This document shows positions 18,625 through 29,141 of a stretch of DNA of 64,000 nt, piece by piece. The stretch is from Minisyncoccota bacterium (GTDB lineage Bacteria > Patescibacteriota > Minisyncoccia > Phycocordibacterales > UBA6065). The position numbers and the translations under genes are program-made. The notes beneath the pieces are model-generated. The model saw only the letters and a program-made list of their open reading frames with translations. It did no database searches and was not told the DNA's origin. Each line of letters begins with the position of its first letter. The stretch's first letter is position 1. The DNA lies in assembly GCA_036400935.1 (NCBI GenBank), contig DASWWW010000003.1, positions 101,083 through 165,082 of the forward strand. The letters are read 5' to 3'.

Positions 18625-21117
18625 ATGGCCACATTCCTTACGAAAATTTTCGGAGATCAGAATAAGCGAGATTTGAAGCCTTTTGAAGCACTAGTACCGA
18701 AGATTAATGGGTTCGAGCAGGCTCTTTCGGCACTTTCTAACGAGCAGCTCAAAGGAAAGACTGCCGAATTCAAGGAACGCCTGTCCAAGGGCGAGTCCCT
18801 CGATGATTTGCTTCCTGAAGCCTTTGCCGTCGTCCGCGAGGCGTCCAAGCGAACCCTCAATCAGCGCCATTTCGACGTGCAGATGATCGGAGGCGCGATC
18901 CTCCATCACTCAGGCATCGCCGAGATGCGAACCGGGGAGGGAAAGACCCTCGTAGCGACCCTGCCCGCATATCTCAACGCTCTTTCAGGAAAGGGCGTTC
19001 ATGTCGTTACCGTCAACGACTACCTCTCGCGACGAGACGCGGCATGGATGGGCCAGGTCTACGATTTCCTCGGCCTTACCTGCGCCGTCATCAATCACGA
19101 CACCGCGTATCTCTATGACCCAAAGCATACGGAGGCAGACGCGAATCGCGACGAGAACGGCTCGTTCAAGGTCGCGTACGAATTCCTCAAGCCGTGCTCT
19201 CGCAAGGAGGCGTACGTCGCCGATATCACCTACGGAACCAACCAGGAGTTTGGTTTTGATTATCTCCGAGACAATCTCGAGTACTCTCCTGAAAATCTCC
19301 GCCAGCGCGAGTGGAATTTCGCCATCGTGGACGAGGTGGACTCGATCCTCATCGACGAGGCTCGAACTCCGCTCATCATTTCTGCGGCAACGTCCGATTC
19401 TGAGGACTTTTACAAGATGTTCGCCAAGATCGCCGACACTCTCGCCCCTGAGGTCGATTACAAGATCGACGAGAAGCGAAAGGCAATCACTCTCACCGAT
19501 TCCGGCATTACCAAGGCCGAGAAGGCACTTAATGTCGACAATATCTACACCGATCGCGGTGTAAAATACGTCCATCACCTCGAGACCGCCGTTCGAGCGA
19601 AGGCGCTTTTCCATAAGGACAAGGAGTACGTCGTGCGCGAGAATGAGGTAATCATCGTCGATGAATTTACCGGACGACTCCAGCCGGGACGACGCTGGTC
19701 AGAAGGCTTGCATCAGGCCGTCGAGGCCAAGGAAGGCGCGACTATCCAGAAGGAGAGCCGCACGTTCGCCTCTATCACGTACCAGAACTTCTTCCGCCTT
19801 TACAAGAAGCTCTCCGGAATGACCGGAACGGCTCTCACGTCGCGCGAGGAATTCTTTAAGGTATACCATCTCAATACAATCGCTATCCCTACGAACCGCG
19901 AGGTCGCCCGAATCGACCGAAACGACCAGATTTTCCAGACTGAGGTGGGCAAGTTCAAGGCGATCGCCAAGAAGGTAAAGGAAGTGAACAAGAAGGGCCA
20001 GCCGGTCCTTATCGGTACGGTTTCGATCGAGAAGAACGAGCTCCTTTCGCAGTACTTGAAGCGTGAAGGCGTCGCCCACGAGGTTCTGAACGCGAAAAAC
20101 CATGAGCGCGAGGGAGAGATCGTCGCCCAGGCGGGACGATTCGGCGCCGTAACCATCGCGACGAACATGGCGGGACGAGGAGTCGACATCAAGCTCGGCG
20201 GCGTCCCTGTATCGGAAGAGGAGACCGCGAAGGTAAAGGCCGCAGGAGGACTGTTCGTGCTCGGTACGGAGCGCCACGAGGCTCGCCGGATCGACAACCA
20301 GCTCCGAGGACGAGCGGGACGACAGGGAGATCCTGGCGAGACGCAGTTCTTCGTATCGCTCGAGGACAGCCTCATGCGCGTATTCGCGACCGACATGGTC
20401 AAGAAGATGATGGGCCGATTCGGCATCGCCGAGGATGAGCCTATCGAGAACGGCATGATCACGCGATCGCTTGAGACCGCCCAGACCCGCATCGAAGGCT
20501 TCAACTTCGACGCCCGAAAGCACGTCCTCGAATACGACGACGTCATGAATCTCCACCGCAAGACCGTATACGACCGACGCCGCAAGATGCTTGTCGGCTC
20601 GGACGAGGACGTCCTCGCCGACTTCATGAGCATCGTCGATACCAACGACGCCGCCATCATGGCAGTCATCGAGTCGAAGAAGCAGCAGCTCGGCGAGAAC
20701 TTCCCGAAGGCTCTCCGACACCTCTTCCTCCAGACTATCGACATGTTCTGGGTCGAGCACCTCGAGGCTATGGACTATCTCCGCTCTTCGGTAAACCTCC
20801 GAGCGTACGGCCAGCGAGATCCTTTCGTAGAGTACAAGAGGGAAGGCCTCCAGCTTTTCAAGACCATGCTCATGTCTATCAATGCGCAGGTCATCAGCCT
20901 TCTCCCTAATTTGGGCGGCGCGGCCGCGGCAGACATGAAGCCTCTCAATACCATTGAGGCGGACGCCAAGGGCATCCTCGGATCTGAGACCGTAGCGTCT
21001 TCGGGCGACAAGCTCGGCCGAAACGAGAAGGTCATCATGGTCCGCGACGGCGTTGAGAAAGAGGTTAAGGCGAAGAAGATCGCCGACCACGAGAAGGACG
21101 GCTGGAAGATCAAATAA
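18625..21117 (+). CDS. secA: Preprotein translocase subunit SecA
   Basis: EMRTGEGKT, VTVNDYL, DEVDSILIDEARTPLIIS, ATNMAGRG, RRIDNQLRGRAGRQGDPG. Confidence 0.98.
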   Translation: MATFLTKIFGDQNKRDLKPFEALVPKINGFEQALSALSNEQLKGKTAEFKERLSKGESLDDLLPEAFAVVREASKRTLNQRHFDVQMIGGAILHHSGIAEMRTGEGKTLVATLPAYLNALSGKGVHVVTVNDYLSRRDAAWMGQVYDFLGLTCAVINHDTAYLYDPKHTEADANRDENGSFKVAYEFLKPCSRKEAYVADITYGTNQEFGFDYLRDNLEYSPENLRQREWNFAIVDEVDSILIDEARTPLIISAATSDSEDFYKMFAKIADTLAPEVDYKIDEKRKAITLTDSGITKAEKALNVDNIYTDRGVKYVHHLETAVRAKALFHKDKEYVVRENEVIIVDEFTGRLQPGRRWSEGLHQAVEAKEGATIQKESRTFASITYQNFFRLYKKLSGMTGTALTSREEFFKVYHLNTIAIPTNREVARIDRNDQIFQTEVGKFKAIAKKVKEVNKKGQPVLIGTVSIEKNELLSQYLKREGVAHEVLNAKNHEREGEIVAQAGRFGAVTIATNMAGRGVDIKLGGVPVSEEETAKVKAAGGLFVLGTERHEARRIDNQLRGRAGRQGDPGETQFFVSLEDSLMRVFATDMVKKMMGRFGIAEDEPIENGMITRSLETAQTRIEGFNFDARKHVLEYDDVMNLHRKTVYDRRRKMLVGSDEDVLADFMSIVDTNDAAIMAVIESKKQQLGENFPKALRHLFLQTIDMFWVEHLEAMDYLRSSVNLRAYGQRDPFVEYKREGLQLFKTMLMSINAQVISLLPNLGGAAAADMKPLNTIEADAKGILGSETVASSGDKLGRNEKVIMVRDGVEKEVKAKKIADHEKDGWKIK

Positions 21118-21120
21118 TTT

Positions 21121-21687
21121 ATGATTGAAGCAATCATCGCGCAATACGGCCTCGTGGCGGTCTTCATTGGAACATTCCTTGAGGGCGAGATCGTAGTTAT
21201 CGCGGGAGGGCTTCTCGCTCGGCTCGAATTCCTTTCGTTGCCGCTCGTATTGATCACGGCATTTTTTGCGACGTTCTTGGGCGACCTGTTCTTCTTTTAC
21301 CTTGGACGCAAGAAGGGAACCGCATTCCTGGAGAAGCGCGGCCGCAAGCACTGGCGAAAGCGAGCGGAGAAGGTCCACGACCTTATTCACAACCATCAGA
21401 ACAAGATCCTCTTCGGCTACCGCTTCCTCTATGGCCTTCGCATCCCTACATTGTTCGCCCTCGGCACATCCGAGCTCTCGACCAAGAAGTTCGTCCTCCT
21501 CAATATCCTGAATTCAATCGTCTGGTCGGCTATTTTTGTACTCGGCGGCTATTTCTTCGGCGATCTCTTTACTCTTATCATCGACAACATCCATTCGTAC
21601 GAGAAGAATCTTCTCATCGGCATAGGCATCGTGGCGGTCATCGTGTGGGTGTGGTCGCTTATCAAGAATAGGGAAGAATACAACTAA
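21121..21687 (+). CDS. DedA family membrane protein
   Basis: FLEGE, GDLFFFYLGR and RFLYGLR motifs. Confidence 0.9.
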   Translation: MIEAIIAQYGLVAVFIGTFLEGEIVVIAGGLLARLEFLSLPLVLITAFFATFLGDLFFFYLGRKKGTAFLEKRGRKHWRKRAEKVHDLIHNHQNKILFGYRFLYGLRIPTLFALGTSELSTKKFVLLNILNSIVWSAIFVLGGYFFGDLFTLIIDNIHSYEKNLLIGIGIVAVIVWVWSLIKNREEYN

Positions 21688-21791
21688 GGGAGCCGCCTGC
21701 TTTTATCCGGGCACGCATATCCGCCTGCTGGCGGATTACTCCGCTCGGCCCGTCAGCCTGCGCGAGGCCCGAATAAAAGCATGCGGCTCCC
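21688..21791. repeat. 104-nt palindromic element (25-bp terminal inverted repeat plus inner hairpin); REP/MITE-like or small RNA
   Basis: gggagccgcctgcttttatccgggc vs gcccgaataaaagcatgcggctccc (2 mismatches); inner atccgcc-tgct-ggcggat. Confidence 0.75.
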
Positions 21792-21807
21792 CTGTGTCTC
21801 GTATAAT

Positions 21808-21836
21808 TTGACTTTAACTTATAAATAAAGTATAAT
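21808..21836 (+). promoter_or_regulatory. Sigma70 promoter TTGACT-17-TATAAT
   Basis: TTGACT ttaacttataaataaag TATAAT. Confidence 0.78.
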
Positions 21837-21954
21837 CATATATTAAGAATAAGCTCCTTGAATACGGTGTTGGTTGAGTTTGGAAGGAAAGAGGCAATCT
21901 GCCGTCTTTCTGGCCTCGGGCCAAGCGGATTGTTATTTTCCCACTAAACTCAAC

Positions 21955-22725
21955 ATGAATGCTATTGCTTCCGATAAAGTCGTTACTGAACAAGGTGCAG
22001 ACGCGATCTACTACTTCTTTTCTGTCCCGTCCCATTACGGGGAGCGCGAACTGAAGGCGTTGGATCTCGAGCTGAACGAGAGGGCTTGTGCAGCGATCTC
22101 GCAGGATTACTCCCGCGGCATCTGGTCGTACAAGCCGGATGGCCTCGGTCTGTACGAGGCGCGCCAGCTCCAGAACCTCATGATGGGCCGTGTCGCTGCC
22201 AAGGTCGCCTTCACGAATCACCGCGTTACGCTTGTCCGCAAGGAGTTTCATTCCAACACGGGCGCCATGACGACGGAGGTATGTCTGCCAGTTAGCAGCC
22301 TCGGACGCCTCTACGTCGATCGCTCGCGCGACACGCTGTCGATGCTTACTATTTCCGGTCGCGAGGTGCGGATCGTGGATGATTCCATTCTCGACGACGC
22401 ACCGCATGGCGAAGGCGAGACGGTCGAGGTGCTCGCCTTTGAGGTCGGCGGACACTCTCAGTTAACCCACGAGCGGATCAGTCGCGAGTACGACATTCGC
22501 GGCCTTTATCCGGCGGATCCTCACTCGCTCGCGGCAGCAACCGAGTCGTCCTCGGCTAACGGGCCGCGACCGCGTTCGGTCGCGACGCACTGGATCGATC
22601 CAAAGAGCGGGCAATGGTGCCGCCTGATCGTCAGCCAAGAGCATGGCGTGAGCGCTGGCCGTACCCACGGCACTGGCATTCATTCCAGCTTTTGGCTCGC
22701 GGGCATCGCCAAAGAACGGCGGTAA
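21955..22725 (+). CDS. Hypothetical orphan protein (256 aa)
   Basis: ATG at 21955 after a promoter and structured leader, followed by a terminator; no recognised domain. Confidence 0.65.
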   Translation: MNAIASDKVVTEQGADAIYYFFSVPSHYGERELKALDLELNERACAAISQDYSRGIWSYKPDGLGLYEARQLQNLMMGRVAAKVAFTNHRVTLVRKEFHSNTGAMTTEVCLPVSSLGRLYVDRSRDTLSMLTISGREVRIVDDSILDDAPHGEGETVEVLAFEVGGHSQLTHERISREYDIRGLYPADPHSLAAATESSSANGPRPRSVATHWIDPKSGQWCRLIVSQEHGVSAGRTHGTGIHSSFWLAGIAKERR

Positions 22726-22760
22726 TCCGCTCGAGTTGCAAGACTCGCGTAAAACTTCGC

Positions 22761-22792
22761 AAAGTCCGCGTCCTTGATGGCGCGGCTTTTTT
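22761..22792 (+). terminator. Intrinsic terminator
   Basis: ccgcgtc-cttgat-ggcgcgg followed by a T-run. Confidence 0.65.
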
Positions 22793-22862
22793 ATATCTTG
22801 ATTTTTGACATTTGCCCGTGGCGGGTGTTTCATAAAGGCACAGGTTGATCTTCGATTTTTTT

Positions 22863-23357
22863 ATGCAAACTCTGATTGCTTTTCAGTCAGTTGCTACCGC
22901 GACTGCTGCTGCAGTCACGTCGCTTGTGGAAATTCCACAAGAGTTCGCCAGGAAAAACATCATCCATAGGGATTTTTGCCTGCTCGTGCTTGCCGGCACG
23001 AACAGCGCCCTGATCGTTAAGAGGCCTCAGGTGAAGACATGCTGCCACAAGGACGTACTATGCATTTCTCTCGTGGGCAGCGTCGTCAGGCGCAATGAGA
23101 TGATCGAGCAGGGCTGCTCCGAGTGCCTCATGCGCGCGGGCGGATTCGCGAGCTTTGATGAGTTCGACGGCTGGCTCGGTCAGATAGCAAAGGCCATCGG
23201 CGTATCCAAGATTTACCGGTCACGCGGCAGATCCGAGATTCCCCCGGGACTCCCGCGTTCGGACGCTTGGCATGTTACCGAGTCGCCTTCGAAAATGGAT
23301 CGATGGATGACTGTCCGTATTAGCTCCACGGATGTACGGCAAAGGCCGCCTAATTGA
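22863..23357 (+). CDS. Hypothetical orphan protein, Cys-rich (164 aa)
   Basis: TTGACA at 22805 upstream; CC and CxxC motifs; terminator overlaps the stop. Confidence 0.55.
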   Translation: MQTLIAFQSVATATAAAVTSLVEIPQEFARKNIIHRDFCLLVLAGTNSALIVKRPQVKTCCHKDVLCISLVGSVVRRNEMIEQGCSECLMRAGGFASFDEFDGWLGQIAKAIGVSKIYRSRGRSEIPPGLPRSDAWHVTESPSKMDRWMTVRISSTDVRQRPPN

Positions 23358-23369
23358 GGCGGCCTTTTT
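23341..23369. terminator. Bidirectional terminator between the orphan and gpmI
   Basis: aaaggccgcct-aattg-aggcggccttttt. Confidence 0.8.
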
Positions 23370-23388
23370 ATTTGGGGATATCGGTTGT

Positions 23389-24903
23389 CTACTTCACCAG
23401 AATCTTGCCCGTCATACCCTTCGGCTTCTTGATATCGAGCAGCGCGAGAACGGTAGGGGCGATGTCCGCAAGGCCGCCGGCATTGAACTCGATGCCCTTG
23501 GCGGTAATGATCGCCGGCACGGGATTGATCGTATGGGCGGTGTGCTTTTCGCCCGTTACAGGGTCTACGTTCACTTCGGCGTTTCCGTGATCGGCCGTGA
23601 CGAATGCCACGCCCCCACGAGCCTCCAGGGCCTCCAGGACGCGTCGCAGGTTGGTATCGACGGTCTCGACAGCCTTCACGATAGCCGGCACATTCGCTGT
23701 GTGTCCGACCATGTCGGGATTGGCGAAGTTTATGAAGATGAAGTTGGTTCCGGCGTTAATCTCCTCGATGGCCTTGTCCGCGATAGCTTCAGCGCGCATC
23801 TCGGGAGCGAGGTCGTGCGTCTTTACGTCCTTGCGCGAGTCGAGGAGGATGTGCTTCTCGCCCGGATAGAGCTTTTCGATGCCTCCGTTGAGGAAGTACG
23901 TCGCGTGCGGGAACTTCTCGGTCTCGGCGATGTGCGCCTGAGTGAGGCCGGCCGCGGAAACTTCCTTGGCGATCGTCGTATCGATGACGCGGGGAGGGAA
24001 GGCGATGTCGCATTTGAAGCTCTTGTCGTATTCGGTGAGGGTGACAAATACGATGTTGTCCTTCTCTGCCTTCTCGATCATCTTCTTCGAGATCATGCGC
24101 GCGCGATCGGCGCGGAAATTGAAGAAGAGAACGGCATCGTTCTTCTGGATGGGGTAGCTCTTGCCGTTCTTGTCGAGAAAGACGACCGGCTCGAGGTGCT
24201 CGTCCAAGATTCCGTCCATATGGAGGCGAGAAATGACTTCGGAAGGGATATCTCCCGGTTTGCAGACGTTTCCTTTGCATTCAAAGAGGGCCGCCTCGGC
24301 GCGTGCTACGCGGTCCCAGTTGTTGTCGCGGTCCATGGCGTAAAATCGGCCGGTCGCCGTGGCGATGAAGCCCCCGCCGATCTTCTCGAGGTCAGACTCG
24401 AGCTCGCGCAGGAACTGTGCCGAAGACTGAGGGGCCGTATCGCGCCCGTCGGTATAGACATGGATGGCGATAGTCTGGATGCCTGCGTCCTTTGCTGCCT
24501 TTACGAAGGCGACGAGGTGATCCTGGTGGGCGTGCACTCCGCCGTTTCCAAGCAGACCTTTTACGTGGAGGACGGAGTTATTCTTTTTGACGTGATCGAA
24601 AGCCTTTGTGAAAGCCGGAATCTTGGCAAAATCGCCGCTCTTGATCGATTTGGCGATGCGGACAAGGTCGGTGTCGATAACGGTGCCCGCGCCGATGGTC
24701 GTATGGCCGATCTCGCTGTTGCCCATCTGGCCGTCAGGAAGGCCCACGTCGAGCCCAGAGGCTTGGAGGAGGGTGTGAGGGTACTCTTTCCATATCTTGT
24801 CGAAGAAGGGCTTCTTGGCGGATGCGACGGCGTTATGGCTCGCGTCCTCGCGATGACCCCAGCCGTCGAGCACTATTAGTACCGCTTGTTTGAATGTTTT
24901 CAT
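23389..24903 (-). CDS. gpmI: 2,3-bisphosphoglycerate-independent phosphoglycerate mutase
   Basis: LDGWG, VGLPDGQMGNSEIGH, DGRDT, GRFYAMDRD, NFRADR, AETEKFPHAT, DMVGHT, TADHGNAE. Confidence 0.97.
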   Translation of the reverse strand: MKTFKQAVLIVLDGWGHREDASHNAVASAKKPFFDKIWKEYPHTLLQASGLDVGLPDGQMGNSEIGHTTIGAGTVIDTDLVRIAKSIKSGDFAKIPAFTKAFDHVKKNNSVLHVKGLLGNGGVHAHQDHLVAFVKAAKDAGIQTIAIHVYTDGRDTAPQSSAQFLRELESDLEKIGGGFIATATGRFYAMDRDNNWDRVARAEAALFECKGNVCKPGDIPSEVISRLHMDGILDEHLEPVVFLDKNGKSYPIQKNDAVLFFNFRADRARMISKKMIEKAEKDNIVFVTLTEYDKSFKCDIAFPPRVIDTTIAKEVSAAGLTQAHIAETEKFPHATYFLNGGIEKLYPGEKHILLDSRKDVKTHDLAPEMRAEAIADKAIEEINAGTNFIFINFANPDMVGHTANVPAIVKAVETVDTNLRRVLEALEARGGVAFVTADHGNAEVNVDPVTGEKHTAHTINPVPAIITAKGIEFNAGGLADIAPTVLALLDIKKPKGMTGKILVK

Positions 24904-24939
24904 ACGCGTTATTGTACAGAAAGTTATGCCCATGCGTCA

Positions 24940-24968
24940 TTGACGATGGCTTTTGCGAGTTGTAGTAT
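24940..24968 (+). promoter_or_regulatory. Sigma70 promoter TTGACG-17-TAGTAT
   Basis: TTGACG atggcttttgcgagttg TAGTAT, divergent from gpmI. Confidence 0.6.
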
Positions 24969-25036
24969 CTATATCCGGTTAGTCTAACTGTCGGAATATT
25001 CCAAAGTGTTCAGGAATTCAACAAGGAGATCCTTCC

Positions 25037-25249
25037 ATGCCAGCTCGTAGCGGTTTCAGCAGCAAGAACGACAAATCTGCCCCTAGCAGTCCGCAGCAAT
25101 TCCCAGACAAGATCCCTAACCCGCCGGTGCTTCTCAGGCGGGGTATGTGTTCTCGCAGCTCCCGTCCGATTTTTGCGGACGACATTGGTTCGGGAGCCGG
25201 TGTCCGTACGGATCATGGTCGCTATATGGACAGGGTGACTCGCCGGTAG
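25037..25249 (+). CDS. Possible small protein (70 aa); could instead be an sRNA locus
   Basis: AAGGAG 8 nt before ATG, own promoter, and terminator gccgccatca-c-tgatggtggc-tttttt at about 25266-25292. Confidence 0.4.
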   Translation: MPARSGFSSKNDKSAPSSPQQFPDKIPNPPVLLRRGMCSRSSRPIFADDIGSGAGVRTDHGRYMDRVTRR

Positions 25250-25338
25250 CTAATACCGATACGTGGCCGCCATCACTGATGGTGGCTTTTTTATAAACGA
25301 AAGCCGCGCCCGAAGGGCGCGGCTTGATTCGCTAGGCT

Positions 25339-26643
<1,305 letters not shown>

Positions 26644-26712
26644 TTAATAGTGCGTGTAGCATTATATACGTTTCCACGGTTTAGGGAATATGGACATGCT
26701 ATACTTTTTCAT

Positions 26713-27042
26713 ATGAAAATTATCGTCAAAATTGTCATAGTCGCTCTCGCAATCATGGGCCTTCCGCGGTTCGTTCCAGGCGTCGCCGTGGCTGGTTTCT
26801 ATTACGCGCTGATCGCGGCCCTCGCCATAGGAGCAATCAATCTCCTGATCAAGCCTTTGATCAGCCTCGTTACGCTTCCGATCAATATCTTTACGCTCGG
26901 CCTGTTCGGGCTCCTCGTCAACGGGGGATTGCTGTGGCTCGTCGCTCTCTACGTGCCGGGCTTCTCGATCGACGGCTACTTGCCGGCGTTCATAGGCGCT
27001 TTGGCTATCGCTCTGATCAATTGGGTTATTTCTAAGTTTTAG
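26713..27042 (+). CDS. 4-TM phage-holin-like membrane protein (YvlD/DUF360 family)
   Basis: IKPLISLVTLPINIFTLGLFGLLVNG signature. Confidence 0.85.
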   Translation: MKIIVKIVIVALAIMGLPRFVPGVAVAGFYYALIAALAIGAINLLIKPLISLVTLPINIFTLGLFGLLVNGGLLWLVALYVPGFSIDGYLPAFIGALAIALINWVISKF

Positions 27043-27073
27043 TTGAGAGCATTCAGCGGGAACCGAATCTTTG

Positions 27074-27385
27074 CTATGAGGGCAAATTGAAGTCGAATAA
27101 GACTTCGGAGCCATTTGGTACCGATTCGATAAATTCCCCCGGTACCTCAAGACACTCTCTTCGGTTTTGCTTGTGCAGTCTGTTTATCTCTCTGTCCGTC
27201 GCTGGTAGACAGAGGCCTTCCATACCGTAGTAGACAAAGCCGTCTTTTATCCAGCACGTCTCTCTCGTTACAGCCTCTTCTTTCATTGTTTCCAAAACTT
27301 GCGCTTTCTCATGAATAAGAGAAAGGCACCATGATCTCCACTGTGCTTCTCGACCCTCTTTGACCTTGAATTTTTTATATTTCAT
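27074..27385 (-). CDS. Hypothetical protein (possibly DUF6176-like)
   Basis: FKVKEG..W..W...ETMKEEAVTRE pattern; family assignment is tentative. Confidence 0.55.
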   Translation of the reverse strand: MKYKKFKVKEGREAQWRSWCLSLIHEKAQVLETMKEEAVTRETCWIKDGFVYYGMEGLCLPATDREINRLHKQNRRECLEVPGEFIESVPNGSEVLFDFNLPS

Positions 27386-27394
27386 ATGATTAAT

Positions 27395-27420
27395 TAAAAA
27401 GAGACGGAAATTTCCGTCTC
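27395..27420 (-). terminator. Intrinsic terminator of the 27444-27974 gene
   Basis: Minus strand gagacgga-aatt-tccgtctc-ttttt. Confidence 0.7.
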
Positions 27421-27443
27421 ATGTAAATCGCGTGTGCGATTGC

Positions 27444-27974
27444 CTAGGCGGTGCAGGCTTCCTCTTGAGCTGCTCCGGTGCGCAAATGCCGAGGGCACTG
27501 GCCGACCTGGCAGCCGCACGACCAACAGATTTGGGCGGATTCCTTGGGCCACCAGGCCGCAGGGGGTTCGCCGAAGAGCTGCCGGTAGCACTCGAGGGTG
27601 CCTTGGAAGTATTCCGATTCCAAAGCGGCGCGCTCTTCTTCCGAAGGGGTCGGAATGTGATGAAGGTAATTGCAGCCGACGATCTCGGACGCCTTGTGGT
27701 ATTCGTAGGTGAAGAGTATGTGGACATGCCACATGTCATCCACTGCATTGGAGATCGGGAAGGCCCTGTCGGGAAAGGCGATCGACAAGCACAGGAAGCG
27801 CTTGTATTCGAGCTCCATTTTCTCCACCTGTTCGGGGTTGAATTTCTGACGAAGAGTCATAAACGTTCTGACTCTGGTGAAATCGAGGACCATGAGGCGC
27901 TCGATGCGATCAACGACGTCGGCAGAGAGCGCGATAGTGCAAGCGCTTAACGCCGGGTGGCTTATTGCATTCAT
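27444..27974 (-). CDS. Glycine-rich-domain-containing-protein (GRDP)-like domain protein with Cys-rich tail
   Basis: EYKRFLCL..P....VDDMWHVHILFT.EY....LHHIP..Y..LFGE.P..W pattern; tail CWSCGCQVGQC. Confidence 0.75.
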   Translation of the reverse strand: MNAISHPALSACTIALSADVVDRIERLMVLDFTRVRTFMTLRQKFNPEQVEKMELEYKRFLCLSIAFPDRAFPISNAVDDMWHVHILFTYEYHKASEIVGCNYLHHIPTPSEEERAALESEYFQGTLECYRQLFGEPPAAWWPKESAQICWSCGCQVGQCPRHLRTGAAQEEACTA

Positions 27975-28160
27975 GTTTTTTGTGTACTGACCGGTGGACC
28001 AGATGGATCGATTAAGAGATCGGGCGATTCTCTATAAAAGATCTAGCCCAAAAGAACTTTATCATAATGTAGTGTCGGTGCAATGGGTGAGTAAGATATT
28101 TGACTTGCCTCTATCTTTATATCGAAATATAGGGTATATTGAGTGCCTAACACCAAATCT

Positions 28161-29132
28161 ATGGCATTTATCGACGAAGTATCATTCCATGTGAAGGCGG
28201 GCAAGGGCGGCGACGGCGTCGTGCGCTGGCTTCACGAGAAGGGCAAGGAATTCATGGGACCCGCTGGCGGAAACGGCGGAAAGGGCGGCGATGTGGTCAT
28301 TGAGGCCGTCCGCGACATCTCGGCTCTCGTCAATTTCAAGAACGTAAAGGAGCTCGAAGCTCAGAACGGCGGAAACGGCGACAAGAAGTCCATGAACGGG
28401 GCAGACGGTGACGATCTCGTACTCAAGCTTCCTATCGGCTCTATCGTCTACAACCACGATACGGAGCAGCAGCACGAGCTCCTTACCGAAGGGCAGCGTA
28501 TTACCATATTGAAGGGAGGTCGCTACGGCCTCGGCAACGAGCATTTCAAGGGCTCGACCAACCAGCGCCCAAAGCAGACCACCGAAGGACGCAATGGCGA
28601 GGAGGCCGACATCACTGTCGAGCTTCGCCTCGTCGTGGATGCTGGATTCGTCGGATTTCCGAATGCGGGCAAGTCGTCTCTTTTGAACGCGCTTACCAAT
28701 GCCAAGTCAAAAGTGGCTTCGTATCAGTTCACAACGCTCGAGCCGTCCCTTGGCGACATGTACGGCTTCATCCTTGCCGACATCCCGGGCCTTATCGAGG
28801 GCGCGTCAGAGGGCAAGGGCCTCGGAGACAAGTTCCTCCGCCATATCGAGCGAACAAAGATGCTCATCCACTGCATCTCCCTTGAGAGCGAGAATATCGC
28901 CAAGGACTACAAGACCATCCGCAAGGAGCTTGAGGCCTTTGATCCGAGCCTCGTAACGAAAAAGGAGATCCTCCTTTTGACCAAGACCGACCTTGTCGAC
29001 GAGAAAACCCTCAAGGCAAAGATAAAGGAGGCCAAGAAGCTCAATCCTGATATCTATTTCGTGTCCGTTATCGACGACGCGCAGGTAAAAACCCTCAAGG
29101 ACGACTTGGTAAAGATGCTCCGCGGTATATAA
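28161..29132 (+). CDS. obgE: GTPase ObgE/CgtA
   Basis: FIDE..AGKGGDG, GFPNAGKSS, YQFTTLEP, DIPGLIEGA, TKTD. Confidence 0.96.
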   Translation: MAFIDEVSFHVKAGKGGDGVVRWLHEKGKEFMGPAGGNGGKGGDVVIEAVRDISALVNFKNVKELEAQNGGNGDKKSMNGADGDDLVLKLPIGSIVYNHDTEQQHELLTEGQRITILKGGRYGLGNEHFKGSTNQRPKQTTEGRNGEEADITVELRLVVDAGFVGFPNAGKSSLLNALTNAKSKVASYQFTTLEPSLGDMYGFILADIPGLIEGASEGKGLGDKFLRHIERTKMLIHCISLESENIAKDYKTIRKELEAFDPSLVTKKEILLLTKTDLVDEKTLKAKIKEAKKLNPDIYFVSVIDDAQVKTLKDDLVKMLRGI

Positions 29133-29141
29133 TCTAACTAT

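Noticed and set aside
21688-21791. Hairpin element considered as SRP RNA or tRNA
   Set aside because: It lacks the SRP helix-8 core (CAGG..GNRA..AGCA) on both strands and has no T-loop or cloverleaf.
26713-27042. Holin-like gene as evidence of a prophage
   Set aside because: This 4-TM family is commonly chromosomal, and no endolysin or other phage genes are nearby.
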